Positions 52,815 to 64,000 of a stretch of 64,000 nt of DNA are shown here, piece after piece. The stretch's first letter is position 1; each line of letters starts with the position of its first letter. The notes beneath the pieces are model-generated. The model was not told the origin of the DNA. It did no database searches and saw only the letters and a program-made list of their open reading frames with translations. A program made the translations under genes and the position numbers. Origin of the DNA: Anaeramoeba ignava BMAN (taxonomy: Eukaryota > Protista > Anaeramoebae); assembly GCA_028826165.1 (NCBI GenBank), contig JAPDFW010000059.1, positions 1,674,001-1,738,000 on the forward strand, read 5' to 3'.

Positions 52815-53867
52815 ATGGCTGATTCACCAAATATTATTAAAACAAAAACAGGAGTTGTTATTTCTACACCACAAAGACCACCAGATACTTCACCACAAGC
52901 AATTAAAATGAGAAGAGAACGGAAAAACAAAATTTTAAGAACATTTCAAACAACAAAACAACGACTTTTCAGTTCAATTACAACTCAATCAAAAGAACAA
53001 ATAGCAAGACAAGAAGTTGAACAAATTCATAAAACACAATTAAAAAAACTAATTGCGATGTTAATTGAGAAAACAGAAGAAGAAAGAGCTGAATATTTTG
53101 ATAAACAAACAGCAATTATAAATAAAACTAGAAATTCAGATGAAAAAGAAGAAGCGCTTTATAATATTTTATTACTTTCATCTTCAAAATTTACAGAATC
53201 ATGGAATTTGAAACTTGAAAAAGTTTTAACAAGTATATTGCCAATTTTAAAAGAAAAAGATTTCTATCTCAAACTATTAGTTTCTGACATTATTAAAAAT
53301 TTAACGATTTATGAAAAGAATATATTGAGAAATAAGTTTAAATTTTCAACTAAAGATTGGATTAACAAAATTTTCAGAAATTGTTCAAATTTTGATTTGG
53401 AAGATGATTCATATTTCATTATTAATCAAATTTTAGCCTCTTTGGCAACTGTTTTTAATCAAGAACAAGCAGTTGAAGCAATTATTCCTTTTATTAAATC
53501 AGATGGAAATGAATTGAATGATTTTATCAATTTTGATGAATTTCAAGATATTGGAGAAGTTAATAATAAAACAAAAGAAGAGATTCAAAAAGATACTTTT
53601 TTACTTGCAGTTTCTCTTGAATTCTTTTCACAACTTATTCCATTTCTTCAAAATGAATTTATGATTTCCAAAGTTACTTTATTATTTCAACAATTTAATA
53701 ATTTACTTCATAATACTAATGTTTTAATAAGAAAGTTAACAACAACAGTTATAGTTAATATGCATTTACAATTTGGAAAAGAAATGGTTGAACATCCAAT
53801 TAAATCATTTCCAAAACATTTAATTTCATTAATTAATACTTATATCAAACGAGCAGAAGAGAAATAA
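52815..53867 (+). CDS. HEAT/TOG-like repeat protein (CLASP C-terminus-like)
   Basis: Helical repeats ending LHNTNVLIRKLTTTVIVNMHLQFG...LINTYIKR. Confidence 0.5.
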   Translation: MADSPNIIKTKTGVVISTPQRPPDTSPQAIKMRRERKNKILRTFQTTKQRLFSSITTQSKEQIARQEVEQIHKTQLKKLIAMLIEKTEEERAEYFDKQTAIINKTRNSDEKEEALYNILLLSSSKFTESWNLKLEKVLTSILPILKEKDFYLKLLVSDIIKNLTIYEKNILRNKFKFSTKDWINKIFRNCSNFDLEDDSYFIINQILASLATVFNQEQAVEAIIPFIKSDGNELNDFINFDEFQDIGEVNNKTKEEIQKDTFLLAVSLEFFSQLIPFLQNEFMISKVTLLFQQFNNLLHNTNVLIRKLTTTVIVNMHLQFGKEMVEHPIKSFPKHLISLINTYIKRAEEK

Positions 53868-54285
53868 TTTTTTCTTTTTTTTTTTTAATTCAAAATTCAA
53901 TTTTCAATTTTAATTTCATTTCCTTTTTTAACTCAATAAAAACATTCCCAAATTCATTCAATTCTTTTTTTTATTTAAATTTCTTTTTATTTTTTTAATT
54001 TTAATTTTTTTAATAAGATTTTTTTTTTTTGAATTAAATTTGTTTTGAATGCTTTGTATAAAAAAAAACAACACAAAAATAAAAAGAAATTTAAAAAAAA
54101 GGAGAAAAAATGATCAATCAAAACCCACATTTGGAAAAAAAGCAAAAGAAAAGAAGAGAAAGAAGTTTAAATAATTGAATTCAAGTATTGAAAGAAAATA
54201 ATTGAAATCTTAAAAGAACCAACAAAAATTTTTAACAATTTGAATTTGAATTTGAATTTGAATTTGAATTTCTTTTTAAAAAAAT

Positions 54286-54924
54286 TTAAATCAAAATGCA
54301 TTTATGTTTCTTTTTTGAAGAATTCAACGGATTATTTGAATCAATATTTTTTTTAGATTTAGGAGATCTTGAGAACGGAAGATTTTGAGTTGATTGATTA
54401 GAATGAGTGGAAGATTTACGGGATTTTTTAGTGATTCTTCTTGTGACTTCAAAAAAAGCTTCATCAACATTCAGTCTAGTTTTAGCAGAAGTTTCAAAAA
54501 AAGCGACACCAAGATCATTAGCAAGTGATTGAATCTCATCATTTTTCACAACCCTTTCAATTTCAAGATCGACTTTATTTGCTGCGATTACCAATGGGAC
54601 GTTTTCTGCGTCTTTTGCGCGATTAATTTGATCACGAATTGGGGAAATATGTTCGAAAGAAGGTCGCGAATTAACCGCAAATACAAGAAGGAACCCCTGT
54701 GCTGTGCGCATATAACTGTCGCGCATCGACGTGATGTCTTCTTGCCCTGCTGTGTCTAGTATGTCCAGTAAGCATGTCTCCCCATCTATCTCTGCTTCTT
54801 TACGATAACTGTCCTCAAACGTTGGATCATATTCTTCTATGAATTCTCCTCGTATAAATTGTACTGTTAGTGCTGATTTCCCTACTCCTCCTGATCCTAC
54901 AACTGCAATTTTTAATCGGTTCAT
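54286..54924 (-). CDS. ras: Ras-family small GTPase
   Basis: [39 protein letters not shown] box CILI. Confidence 0.95.
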   Translation of the reverse strand: MNRLKIAVVGSGGVGKSALTVQFIRGEFIEEYDPTFEDSYRKEAEIDGETCLLDILDTAGQEDITSMRDSYMRTAQGFLLVFAVNSRPSFEHISPIRDQINRAKDAENVPLVIAANKVDLEIERVVKNDEIQSLANDLGVAFFETSAKTRLNVDEAFFEVTRRITKKSRKSSTHSNQSTQNLPFSRSPKSKKNIDSNNPLNSSKKKHKCILI

Positions 54925-55153
54925 TTTTTCCTTATAAATTTTTTTTTTTTTTTTTGAACAAAAATAGAAAAAATGAAAAATAAAAATGAAAAAAAAAATT
55001 AAAAAAAATTTGTTTATTTCAAAAAAGAGAATAAAATAATTAAAAAGGAGAAAATAAGGAGAATAAAAAGAAGAAAAGAAAAGAAGAAATATTTTTTTAT
55101 TTTTATTTTTTCATTTTTTTTTTCATTTTTTTTCTTTTTCTTTTTATTAAATT

Positions 55154-58100
55154 ATGCAAGTTTATCAACCTACTTCTAAAATTTTACTTAATATTTCTTG
55201 CAATAATTTGATTTCTCTTGATACGATTGGGTATTTTTTATCTTAATTATTTTTGCTTTTTTTTTTAATTTAATTTTTTTTCTTTTTTCAATTTTATCTT
55301 AAATTTTAATCTATTTAGCCAGAGTGATCCAATGGCAGTTTTATTCAAAATGGATCCACGAACACATGCTATTATTGAAGTTGGCAGAACAGAAACTTAT
55401 AAAAGTAAAATTTTTTTTTCATGATGAATTAAATTTCAATTCAAATCAAATCAAATCAAATCAAAATTTAATTCAATTTAATTTAATTCAATTCAATTTA
55501 ATTCAAAATTTAATTTAATTCAAAATTTAATTCAATTTAATTCAATTTAATTCAAAATTCAATTCAATTCAAAATTTAATTTAATCCAAAATTTCAATTC
55601 AAATCAATTCAATTCAATTCAATTTAATTCAATTTAATTCAATTCAATTCAATTCAATTCAAAATTCAATTCAATTCAATTCAATTCAATTCAATTCAAT
55701 TCAATCAAAATCAAATCAAATCAATTCAATTCAAAATTCAATTCAATTCAAATCAATTCAAAATTTAATTTAATTTAATTCAATTCAATTCAATATTCAA
55801 TTCAAAATTTAATTCAATTCAATTCAATTCAATTCAAAATTTCAATTCAAATCAAATCAAAATTTAATTCAATTTAATTCAATTTAATTCAATTCAATTC
55901 AAATCAATTCAATTTAATTCAATTTAATTTAATTCAATTCAATTCAAAATTTAATTTAATCCAAATCAATTCAATTCAATTCAAAATTTAATTCAATTCA
56001 ATTCAAAATTCAATTCAATTTAATTTAATTCAAAATTCAATTTAATTTAATTCAATTTAATTTAATTCAATTTAATTTAATTCAATTTAATTTAATTCAA
56101 TTCAATTTAATTCAATTCAATTTAATTCAAAATTTAATTCAATTCAATTTAATTCAATTCAATTTAATTCAATTTAATTTAATTTAAAATTCAATTTAAT
56201 TCAATTTAATTCAATTCAAAATTTAATTCAAAATTCAATTTAATTCAATTTAATTCAATTCAAAATTTAATTCAATTTAATTCAATTCAATTTAATTCAA
56301 TTTAATTCAATTCAATTTAATTTTAATTCAATTTAATTCAATTCAATTCAATTCAATTCAATTCAATTCAATATTTAATTCAATTTAATTCAATTCAATT
56401 CAATTCAATTCAAAATTTAATTCAAAATTTAATTCAATTTAATTTAATTCAATTCAATTCAATTTAATTCAAAATTTAATTCAATTCAATTTAATTCAAT
56501 TTAATTTAATTCAAATCAATTCAAAATTTAATTCAAAATTCAATTCAAATCAAATAAATTTAATTCAATTCAAAACAATTCAATTTAATTCAAAACAATT
56601 CAATTTAATTTAATTCAATTCAATTCAATTTAATTCAAAACAATTCAATTTAATTTAATTCAAAATTTAATTTAATTCAATTTAATTCAATTCAAAATTC
56701 AATTCAATTCAAAATTCAATTCAAAATTTAATTCAATTTAATTCAATTCAATTTAATTTAATTCAATTTAATTCAAAATTTAATTTAATTCAATTCAAAA
56801 TTTAATTCAATTCAATTCAAAATTCAATTTAATTCAAAATTTAATTCAAAATTTAATTCAAAATTTAATTCAATTCAATTCAATTTAATTCAATTCAATT
56901 CAATTCAATTCAATTCAATTCAATTCAATTCAATTCAATTCAATTTAATTCAATTCAATTTAATTCAATTTAATTCAATTTAATTTAATTTAATTCAATT
57001 CAATTTAATTCAAATCAATTCAATTTAATTCAATTTAATTCAATTTAATTCAAAATTTAATTCAAAATTCAATTTAAAATTCAATTCAATTCAATTCAAT
57101 TCAATTCAAAATTTAATTCAATTTAAAATTTAATTCAATTCAATTTAATTCAAAATTTAATTCAAAATTCAAAATTTAATTCAATTTAATTCAAAATTTA
57201 ATTCAATTCAATTTAATTCAAAATTTAATTTAATTCAATTCAATTCAATTTAATTCAAAATTTAATTCAAAATTTAATTTAAAATTTAATTCAAAATTCA
57301 ATTCAATTCAATTCAATTTAATTCAATTTAAAATTTAATTCAAAATTTAATTCAAAATTTAATTCAAAATTTAATTCAAAATTCAATTCAAATCAATTCA
57401 AATAAATTCAATTCAAAATTTAATTCAATTTAATTCAATTCAAAATTTAATTCAATTTAATTCAAAATTTAATTCAATTCAAAATTTAATTTAATTCAAA
57501 ATTTAATTCAAAATTTAATTCAAAAGATGACAGAAATCCTAAATTTTCCAAATCTTTCAATCTTGATTATCACTTTGAACAAACCCAATTATATCAAATC
57601 CAAGTGTATGATATTGACAGCAAATCAACAGATTTAAAAAAGCATGATTTCATTGGACAAATGAATTTCAACTTAGGAGAGCTTGCTGGCGCACCTGGTA
57701 TGTTTTTAACGAAAAAACTCGATAACCCGAAGAAACCTGCACGACAGAATGGAACTTGTACAGTTTCAGGAGAAGAAATACAAGAAAACAATTCAATCAT
57801 TCATTTCCGAATTGCCGGGAAAAATTTAGACAAAAAAGATTTTTTTGGAAAAAGTGATCCATTCCTCGTTTTCTACAGACAGCAAATCGACGGCTCCTCA
57901 TGGATCAAAAGCTATCAAACCGAGGTCATCAAATCTAATTTGAACCCAGTGTGGAAATCCTTCTCTGTTTCAGCAAACGATCTGTGCGGAGGGCAGTACG
58001 ATCGACCTATTCGAATTGAATGTTTAGACTGGAATCGAAGTGGAAAACCTGATCTTATCGGCATCACTCAACTTTCTCTTCCCGAACTCGATAATTCTAG

Positions 58101-60229
58101 AACAAAGATCTTTGACATTATTGAACCCAAAAAGCAAAAAAAGAAGCGATCTTATAAGAACAGTGGAACCCTTTCTTTTCTTGATTATCGTGTCGAAAGA
58201 ATCACTAGTTTCCTTGACTATCTTTATGGTGGTTGCCAGATCTCTCTTGTTGTTGCTGTCGATTTCACTGCTTCTAATGGAAATCCTGTTCATACTAGTT
58301 CTCTTCATTATCATGATGCTTATACTGTTAATGATTATCAAAAAGCTATTTCGACTTGTGGTACTATTCTTGCTAATTATGATACTGCTGGTCAATTCCC
58401 TGTTTTTGGATTTGGTAAATTTATAAAATTCAAATTAAAATTAAAATTAAATTTCATTTTAAATTCATTTAAAAATTAAAATTCATTTAAAAATTAAAAT
58501 TAAAATTTAAATTAAAATTAATATTAAAATTAAAATTAAAATTCATTTAAAAATTAAAATTAAAAATTAAAATTAAAAATTAAAATTAAAATTAATATTA
58601 TAATTAAAATTAAAAATTAAAATTAAAATTCATTTAAAAATTAAAATTAATATTATAATTAAAATTAAAATTTAAAATTAAAATTAAAATTAAAATTAAA
58701 ATTAAAATTAAAATTAAAATTAAAATTAAAATTAAATCAAATTATATTTAAATTAAAAATAGGTGCAAAAGTTGGAGGACAAGTTTCTCATTGCTTTCCT
58801 TTAAATGGAAATCCTCAAAATCCTTATGTTCCTGGTGTTCAAGGAATTTTACAAGCTTATCATAATGCATTTTATTGGCCAGGATTTACTTTGTAAAATT
58901 CATTTAAAATTAAAATTAAAATTAAAAATAAAAATAAAATTAAAATTAAAATTAAAATAGAAATTAAAATTAAAATTATAATTAAAATTAATATTAAAAT
59001 TAAAATCAAAATCAATATTAAAATTAAAATTAAAATTAAAATTAAAATTAAAATTAAAATCAAAATTAAAATTAAAATTAAAATTAAAATCAAAATTAAA
59101 ATCAAAATTAAAATTAAAATTAAAATTAAAATTAAAATTAAAATTAAAATTAAAATTAAAATTAAAATTTAAATTAAAATTAAAATTAAAATTAAAATTA
59201 AAAATAAAATAAAAATTAAAATTAAAATTAAAATAGAAATTAAAATTAAAATTAAAATTAAAATTAAAATTAAAATTAAAATTAAAATTAAAATTAAAAT
59301 TAAAATTAAAATTAAAATTAAAATTAAAATTAAAATTAAAATTAAAATTAAAATCAAAATTAAAATTAAAATTAAAATCAAAATCAATATTAAAATTAAA
59401 TTTTTAAAAGATGGGGTCCAACAAATTTTGCTCCTATTATTAATTCTGTTGCTCAAATTGCAAGAGGATATACTCAAATGCAAAATAACCAAAAATATTT
59501 TGTTCTTCTTTTCTTAACAGATGGAGAAATTACAGATTTTGAATTAACAAAAAAAGCAATTGTTGATGCAGCTGATTTACCAATTTCAATTGTTATTGTT
59601 GGCGTAATTTATTTTTATGAAAACAAAAAACAATTCAAATAATTTCAAAATTTTTTTTTTTAATTTTTGAAAAATTTTTGAAAACTTTTTTTCTTCTTAA
59701 TTTAGGTTGGATCAGGTGAATTTAAACAAATGGAAATTCTTGATGGTGATGAACAAAGAGTTTCTTATCAAGGTCGTAAAGCTGTTAGAGATATTGTTCA
59801 ATTTGTTCCATTTAGAGCTTTCTTAAATCGAGATATTTCTGCACTTGCTCAAGAAACACTTGCAGAAGTACATTTAAAATTAAAATTTAAATTAAAATTA
59901 AAATTAAAATTAAAATAAAAATTAAAATTAAAATTAAAATTAAAATTAAAATTAAAATTAAAATTAAAATTAAAATTAAAATTAAAATTAAAATTAAAAT
60001 TAAAATTAAAATTAAAAATAAAATTTAAATCAAAATTAAAATTAAAATTAAAATTAAATTAAAAAAAAATTAAAATTAAAATTAGATTCCAGCTCAATTA
60101 GTTAGTTATTATAAATCTAAGAATATTCAACCAAATCCTGGTTATACTGCTCAACAAAAACAACAAGCAATTCAACAACAAGTTATGCAACATCAACAAA
60201 CTCAACAACAAACTCAACAAAAGAAATAA
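55154..60229 (+). CDS. Copine (two C2 domains plus vWA domain), multi-exon
   Basis: [50 protein letters not shown]|[46 protein letters not shown]. Confidence 0.95.
55405..57526 (+). repeat. 2.1-kb intron filled with (AATTC/AATTT)n microsatellite
   Basis: GT 55405, AG 57525-57526; splicing gives ETYK-NDRNPKF in frame. Confidence 0.9.
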
Positions 60230-60437
60230 CTTCTTAACTTATCTTTATTTACTTTTTTTTTTTCAAATCAAATCCAAATCAATTTTTCTTTTCATTTTCT
60301 TACTTACTTTTTCTTTTTCAAATTTAAATTCAAATTAAAATTCAAATTCAAATTCAAATTAAAATTCAAATTAAAATTTTATTGATTTTATTGATTAAAT
60401 TTTGTTCTTCTTTTTTTTTTTGTTTTTTTATCACATT

Positions 60438-63243
60438 TTAAATTTGTTTTTTATTTTTATTAAAAGTTTCCCAAAAATGAGGATTTGTTTTTAAATCAAG
60501 ATTAAATAAATAAGGATCTGGTATTGAAAAATTTGTTAATTGATCTTTTTTTTTAAATGAAACATCTAATTTTTCAATAGGAATTTTTGGTGGATTTCTC
60601 ACTATAAATTTTTCTTCTAAAGCATTTGTAAATTCATTAATAAGATGTCTTTTCATTTGTTGAGGATTACTTTTAGAAATAATTTTTGATTTTTCATTTT
60701 CATTTTCATTTTCATTTTCATTTTCATTTTCATTTTCATTTTCATTTTCATTTTGATTTTCATTTTGATTTTTAATTTGATTTTTGATTTTTATTTTGAT
60801 TTTCAATTTGATTTTTATTTTGATTTTGATTTTGATTTTGATTTTGATTTTGATTTTGATTTTGATTTTTATTTTGAATTTGATTTTGATTTTGAATTTG
60901 ATTTTGAATTTGATTTTGATTTTGAATTTGATTTTGATTTTGAATTTGATTTTCTTTGTGATTTTTAATTTGATTTTTAATTTTAATTTCATTTTTAATT
61001 TGATTTTCATTTTTAATTTCATTTTCATTTTCATTTTGATTTTGATTTTTAATTTTAATTTCATTTTTAATTTCATTTTTAATTTCATTTTTAATTTGAT
61101 TTTTAATTTTAATTTCATTTTTAATTTGATTTTTAATTTCATTTTTTTAATTTCATTTTCATTTTTAATTTCATTTTGATTTTCATTTTGATTTTTAATT
61201 TCATTTTTAATTTGATTTTCATTTTTAATTTCATTTTCAATTTCTTTATGATTTTCTTTATGATTTTCTTTTTTAATTTCATTTTCTTTGTGATTTAATT
61301 TTGATTTTGATTTTAATTCAGATTCAGATTTTGATTTCTGAAATTTACTTTTCTTTCCCATTTCATGAAGTTTTTCTTCAATTCCAATTAAAAAAAATTG
61401 TTGTTTTCCAATAATAGATCCAGGTCTACATAATCTCATATATCCAATAGCTTCACGAGCTGTAAAATGATAATTTTTCATTAAGAAAATCGCATTAAGA
61501 GTTCCTGTTCTTCCTAAACCAGCTTTACAATTATGAACGACAGTATGATCTTTTAATAAAAATCTTTTTTCATTTCCATCAAGTTCAAATCCATAAAAAA
61601 ATTGTTTCTTTTTTGTATCAGTTATCTGTATTTTATGCAGTTGATGAACCACAAAATTTCCTTTGGAATTCATTTTCAAAATGCCTTTTTCTGAAGCCAA
61701 ATCATTATCTACTAAAACTGATTTATAACCTGAATGAGATTTTTTCCATTCTTCACATTTTTTCATATAATTTTCAACAGTAATATTTATTGAATCTCCA
61801 AACTCTATTGCATATCCTTTGCGATAATAATTTGCCATTATCAAAAAAGAATGACAGAAAATGCTTTTTATTTTTTCCAATTCATATTTTTTGATGTGGA
61901 AATTTTTCAGCTGCGGATCTGATCCAATATATTCATTTCGAGAATTAAATAACGTTTGATTGGCCCAACATGCTCGAATTAAATATTTAGGATAAAATGG
62001 AGTTGATTTCTTAATTCGTATTTTTCTTTTTTGTTGATTATGATGCAAATCATAATATATAAAAGTGAAATACATTTTTTTTCCTTTTTTCTCTAGATCT
62101 ATAAATCGATGAGGTTTTTTGTTGAATAAAAGACACAAAATATGTTTTTTGCTGACAAAATAATCCTTTTGATTTTTTCTTGATATTTTATATAATTTGC
62201 CAAATCCTTTTATTGTGTGGCTGACTAATTTTGGCAAATAATCCACACCTAATACTTGTTCATTTTGTTTGATATCTTGAATTTTTTTGGTTGTGAAATT
62301 TGACATGAGAATTTTTGTATTTGCAGCAAAGCAATGCACAGCAACACCACCTTTTTTTTCTGTTGAATTTCCATTATTATTTTTGATATCATTTTTATCC
62401 TTTTTCTTCTTATTATCGTTATCAATGATAACGTTATTTTTTGGTAAATTTGAATTATTTTCTTCATCACACAAATTGCTTTGATCATCTATATTAATTT
62501 CTTTCTCAACAATATTAAGAAAATGGTTGATAATTTTCCAAGAAGGAACACCACCATCTTCATAATACAAGTGATGGTGAGAAATGTTGTTTTGAATGAA
62601 TATTTGAGAATCATACAAAGGCAAATTGAGTCTGATAATTGATGTGATCCCTATTTTTTGGAAATGTTCAACATATTTATCCAGACTCCAAAAATAATAT
62701 TTCATCAAATTTTCTGCAATCATCATTTTTTCTGGGCTTAATGGTCTTGAGAAACGTGATGGCAAAGTATTTCTTTGAACAAATTTTTTCTTTGATTCTT
62801 TTTTCTTTTTCTTTTTCTTTTTCTGATCAGTTGAAGGAGTTATTTTTTCATTTTCTGGTTTATATTCATTTGAAAAATCTCTTGGAGAAGAAAATGCAAG
62901 AAGTTTTCCAGGGATAATCCAATTCATATCCCCATTTTCTATTTTATCATGATATACAAACTCTTCAATTGAAAAAGTTTCGAAATTATAAAATCCACAT
63001 TTCATTGCTTTATATAAACCATTTAAAACATCTAAAACTGTTAATGAAAATGTTTGACGTAAATATGAAGCGTCTCTAAAGCTAATTATTTTATCTATTT
63101 TTTCGAAAGGTTTAAAAGCTTCTTCTGGTGTTTTTTCCATTGCAATCATCATAAATGAACAAATTAAAACAGCTGAGTTTGTAAAACTTTCTGGAGTATC
63201 AAGACAATAAAAGATGATTTTTTTTTGAGTTAATTCTGGATCC
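60438..63243 (-). CDS. CDC14: Cdc14-family dual-specificity phosphatase (5' exons lie beyond the window), containing an intein
   Basis: FRDAS, LDVLNGLYKA, ENGDMNWIIPGKLLAFSSP, IIRLN..LYD, HHLYYEDGGVP, GVAVH|CKAGLGRTG, AREAIGYMRLCRPGSIIGKQQ. Confidence 0.92.
61530..62333 (-). mobile_element. Intein (268 aa) with no recognisable LAGLIDADG endonuclease, in the Cdc14 active-site loop
   Basis: Block A CFAANTKILMSN, block B FVSKKHIL, block F FYGFELDGNEKRFLL, block G TVVHN followed by Cys+1; excision restores AVHCKAGLGRTG. Confidence 0.95.
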
Positions 63244-64000
63244 TAAAAATTTATTTATAAAATTAAATTAAAATTTATAAAATTAAATTAAAATTTATAA
63301 AATTAATATAAAATTTATTTATAAAATTAAAATTCATTTATAAAATTAAATTAAAATTTATTTATAAAATTAAATTAAAATTTATTTATATTAAATTAAA
63401 ATTTATTTATAAAATTAAATTAAATTCATTTATAAAATTTATATTAAAATTTATTTATAAAATTAAATTAAATTCATTTATAAAATTAAATTAAAATTTA
63501 TTTATAAAATTAAATTAAAATTTATTTATAAAATTAAATTAAATTCATTTATTAAATTAAAATTAAAATTTATTTATAAAATTATATTAAATTTTATTTA
63601 TAATATTATATTAAAATTTATTTATAAAAATTAATATTAAATTTATTTATAAAATTTTAATTTAAATTCATTTATAAAATTTATATTAAATTAAAATTTA
63701 TTTATAAAATTAAATTAAAATTTATTTATAAATAAAATTTAAATTCATTTATAAAATTTATATTAAAATTTATTTATAAAATGTCATGTAAAAATTATAT
63801 TTTTGTTTTACATTCATTTATAAAATTAAATTCATTTATAAAATTAAAATTTATTTATAAAATTAAATTCATTTATAAAATTAAAATTTATTTATAAAAT
63901 TAAAATAAAAATTTATTTATAAAATTAAATTCATTTATAAAATTAAATTCATTTATTAAATTAAAATTTATTTATAAAATTGAATTAAAATTTATTTATA
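63244..64000 (-). repeat. AT-rich low-complexity intron of CDC14 (runs off the window)
   Basis: TTTATAAAATTAAATTAAAATTTA-like array; minus-strand TAG acceptor at about 63243-63245. Confidence 0.7.

Noticed and set aside
60780-61150. KMKLKIK-rich stretch in the Cdc14 C-terminus as a real basic domain
   Set aside because: It is the shifted frame of the flanking ENEIKN/QNQ repeat and probably reflects compensating indels.
61530-62333. Hedgehog-type Hint domain or spliceosomal intron instead of an intein
   Set aside because: The insert is in frame, has no GT-AG ends at the junctions, ends in His-Asn followed by Cys, and interrupts a conserved motif exactly.

Overview
Very AT-rich eukaryotic genomic DNA, gene-dense, with GT-AG spliceosomal introns, many of them swollen by microsatellites. 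Two [FeFe]-hydrogenase genes point to an anaerobic protist. Together with an intein and expanded ankyrin-BTB and BTB-TLDc families, this fits an Anaeramoeba-like metamonad (inference). About 23 genes are recognisable: PIP5K, a monomeric [FeFe]-hydrogenase, a C1A cysteine protease, a WD40-[FeFe]-hydrogenase-flavodoxin fusion, a CARMIL-like LRR protein, twinfilin, a GPR107-like 7TM protein, two ankyrin-BTB paralogues, RPE, a WDR81-like protein, ARM, BTB-BACK-TLDc, a secreted beta-propeller, a GATA factor, an OS-9-like lectin, a HEAT protein, Ras, copine and Cdc14. The two strongest observations are: (1) a 268-aa intein without a recognisable homing endonuclease, inserted exactly between the His and the catalytic Cys of the Cdc14 HCxxGxGR P-loop; (2) a hydrogenase with canonical H-cluster motifs fused in-frame to about eight N-terminal WD40 repeats and a C-terminal flavodoxin. 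Several frameshifts fall in homopolymers or low-complexity tracts and are probably assembly indels. Exon boundaries were read by eye.
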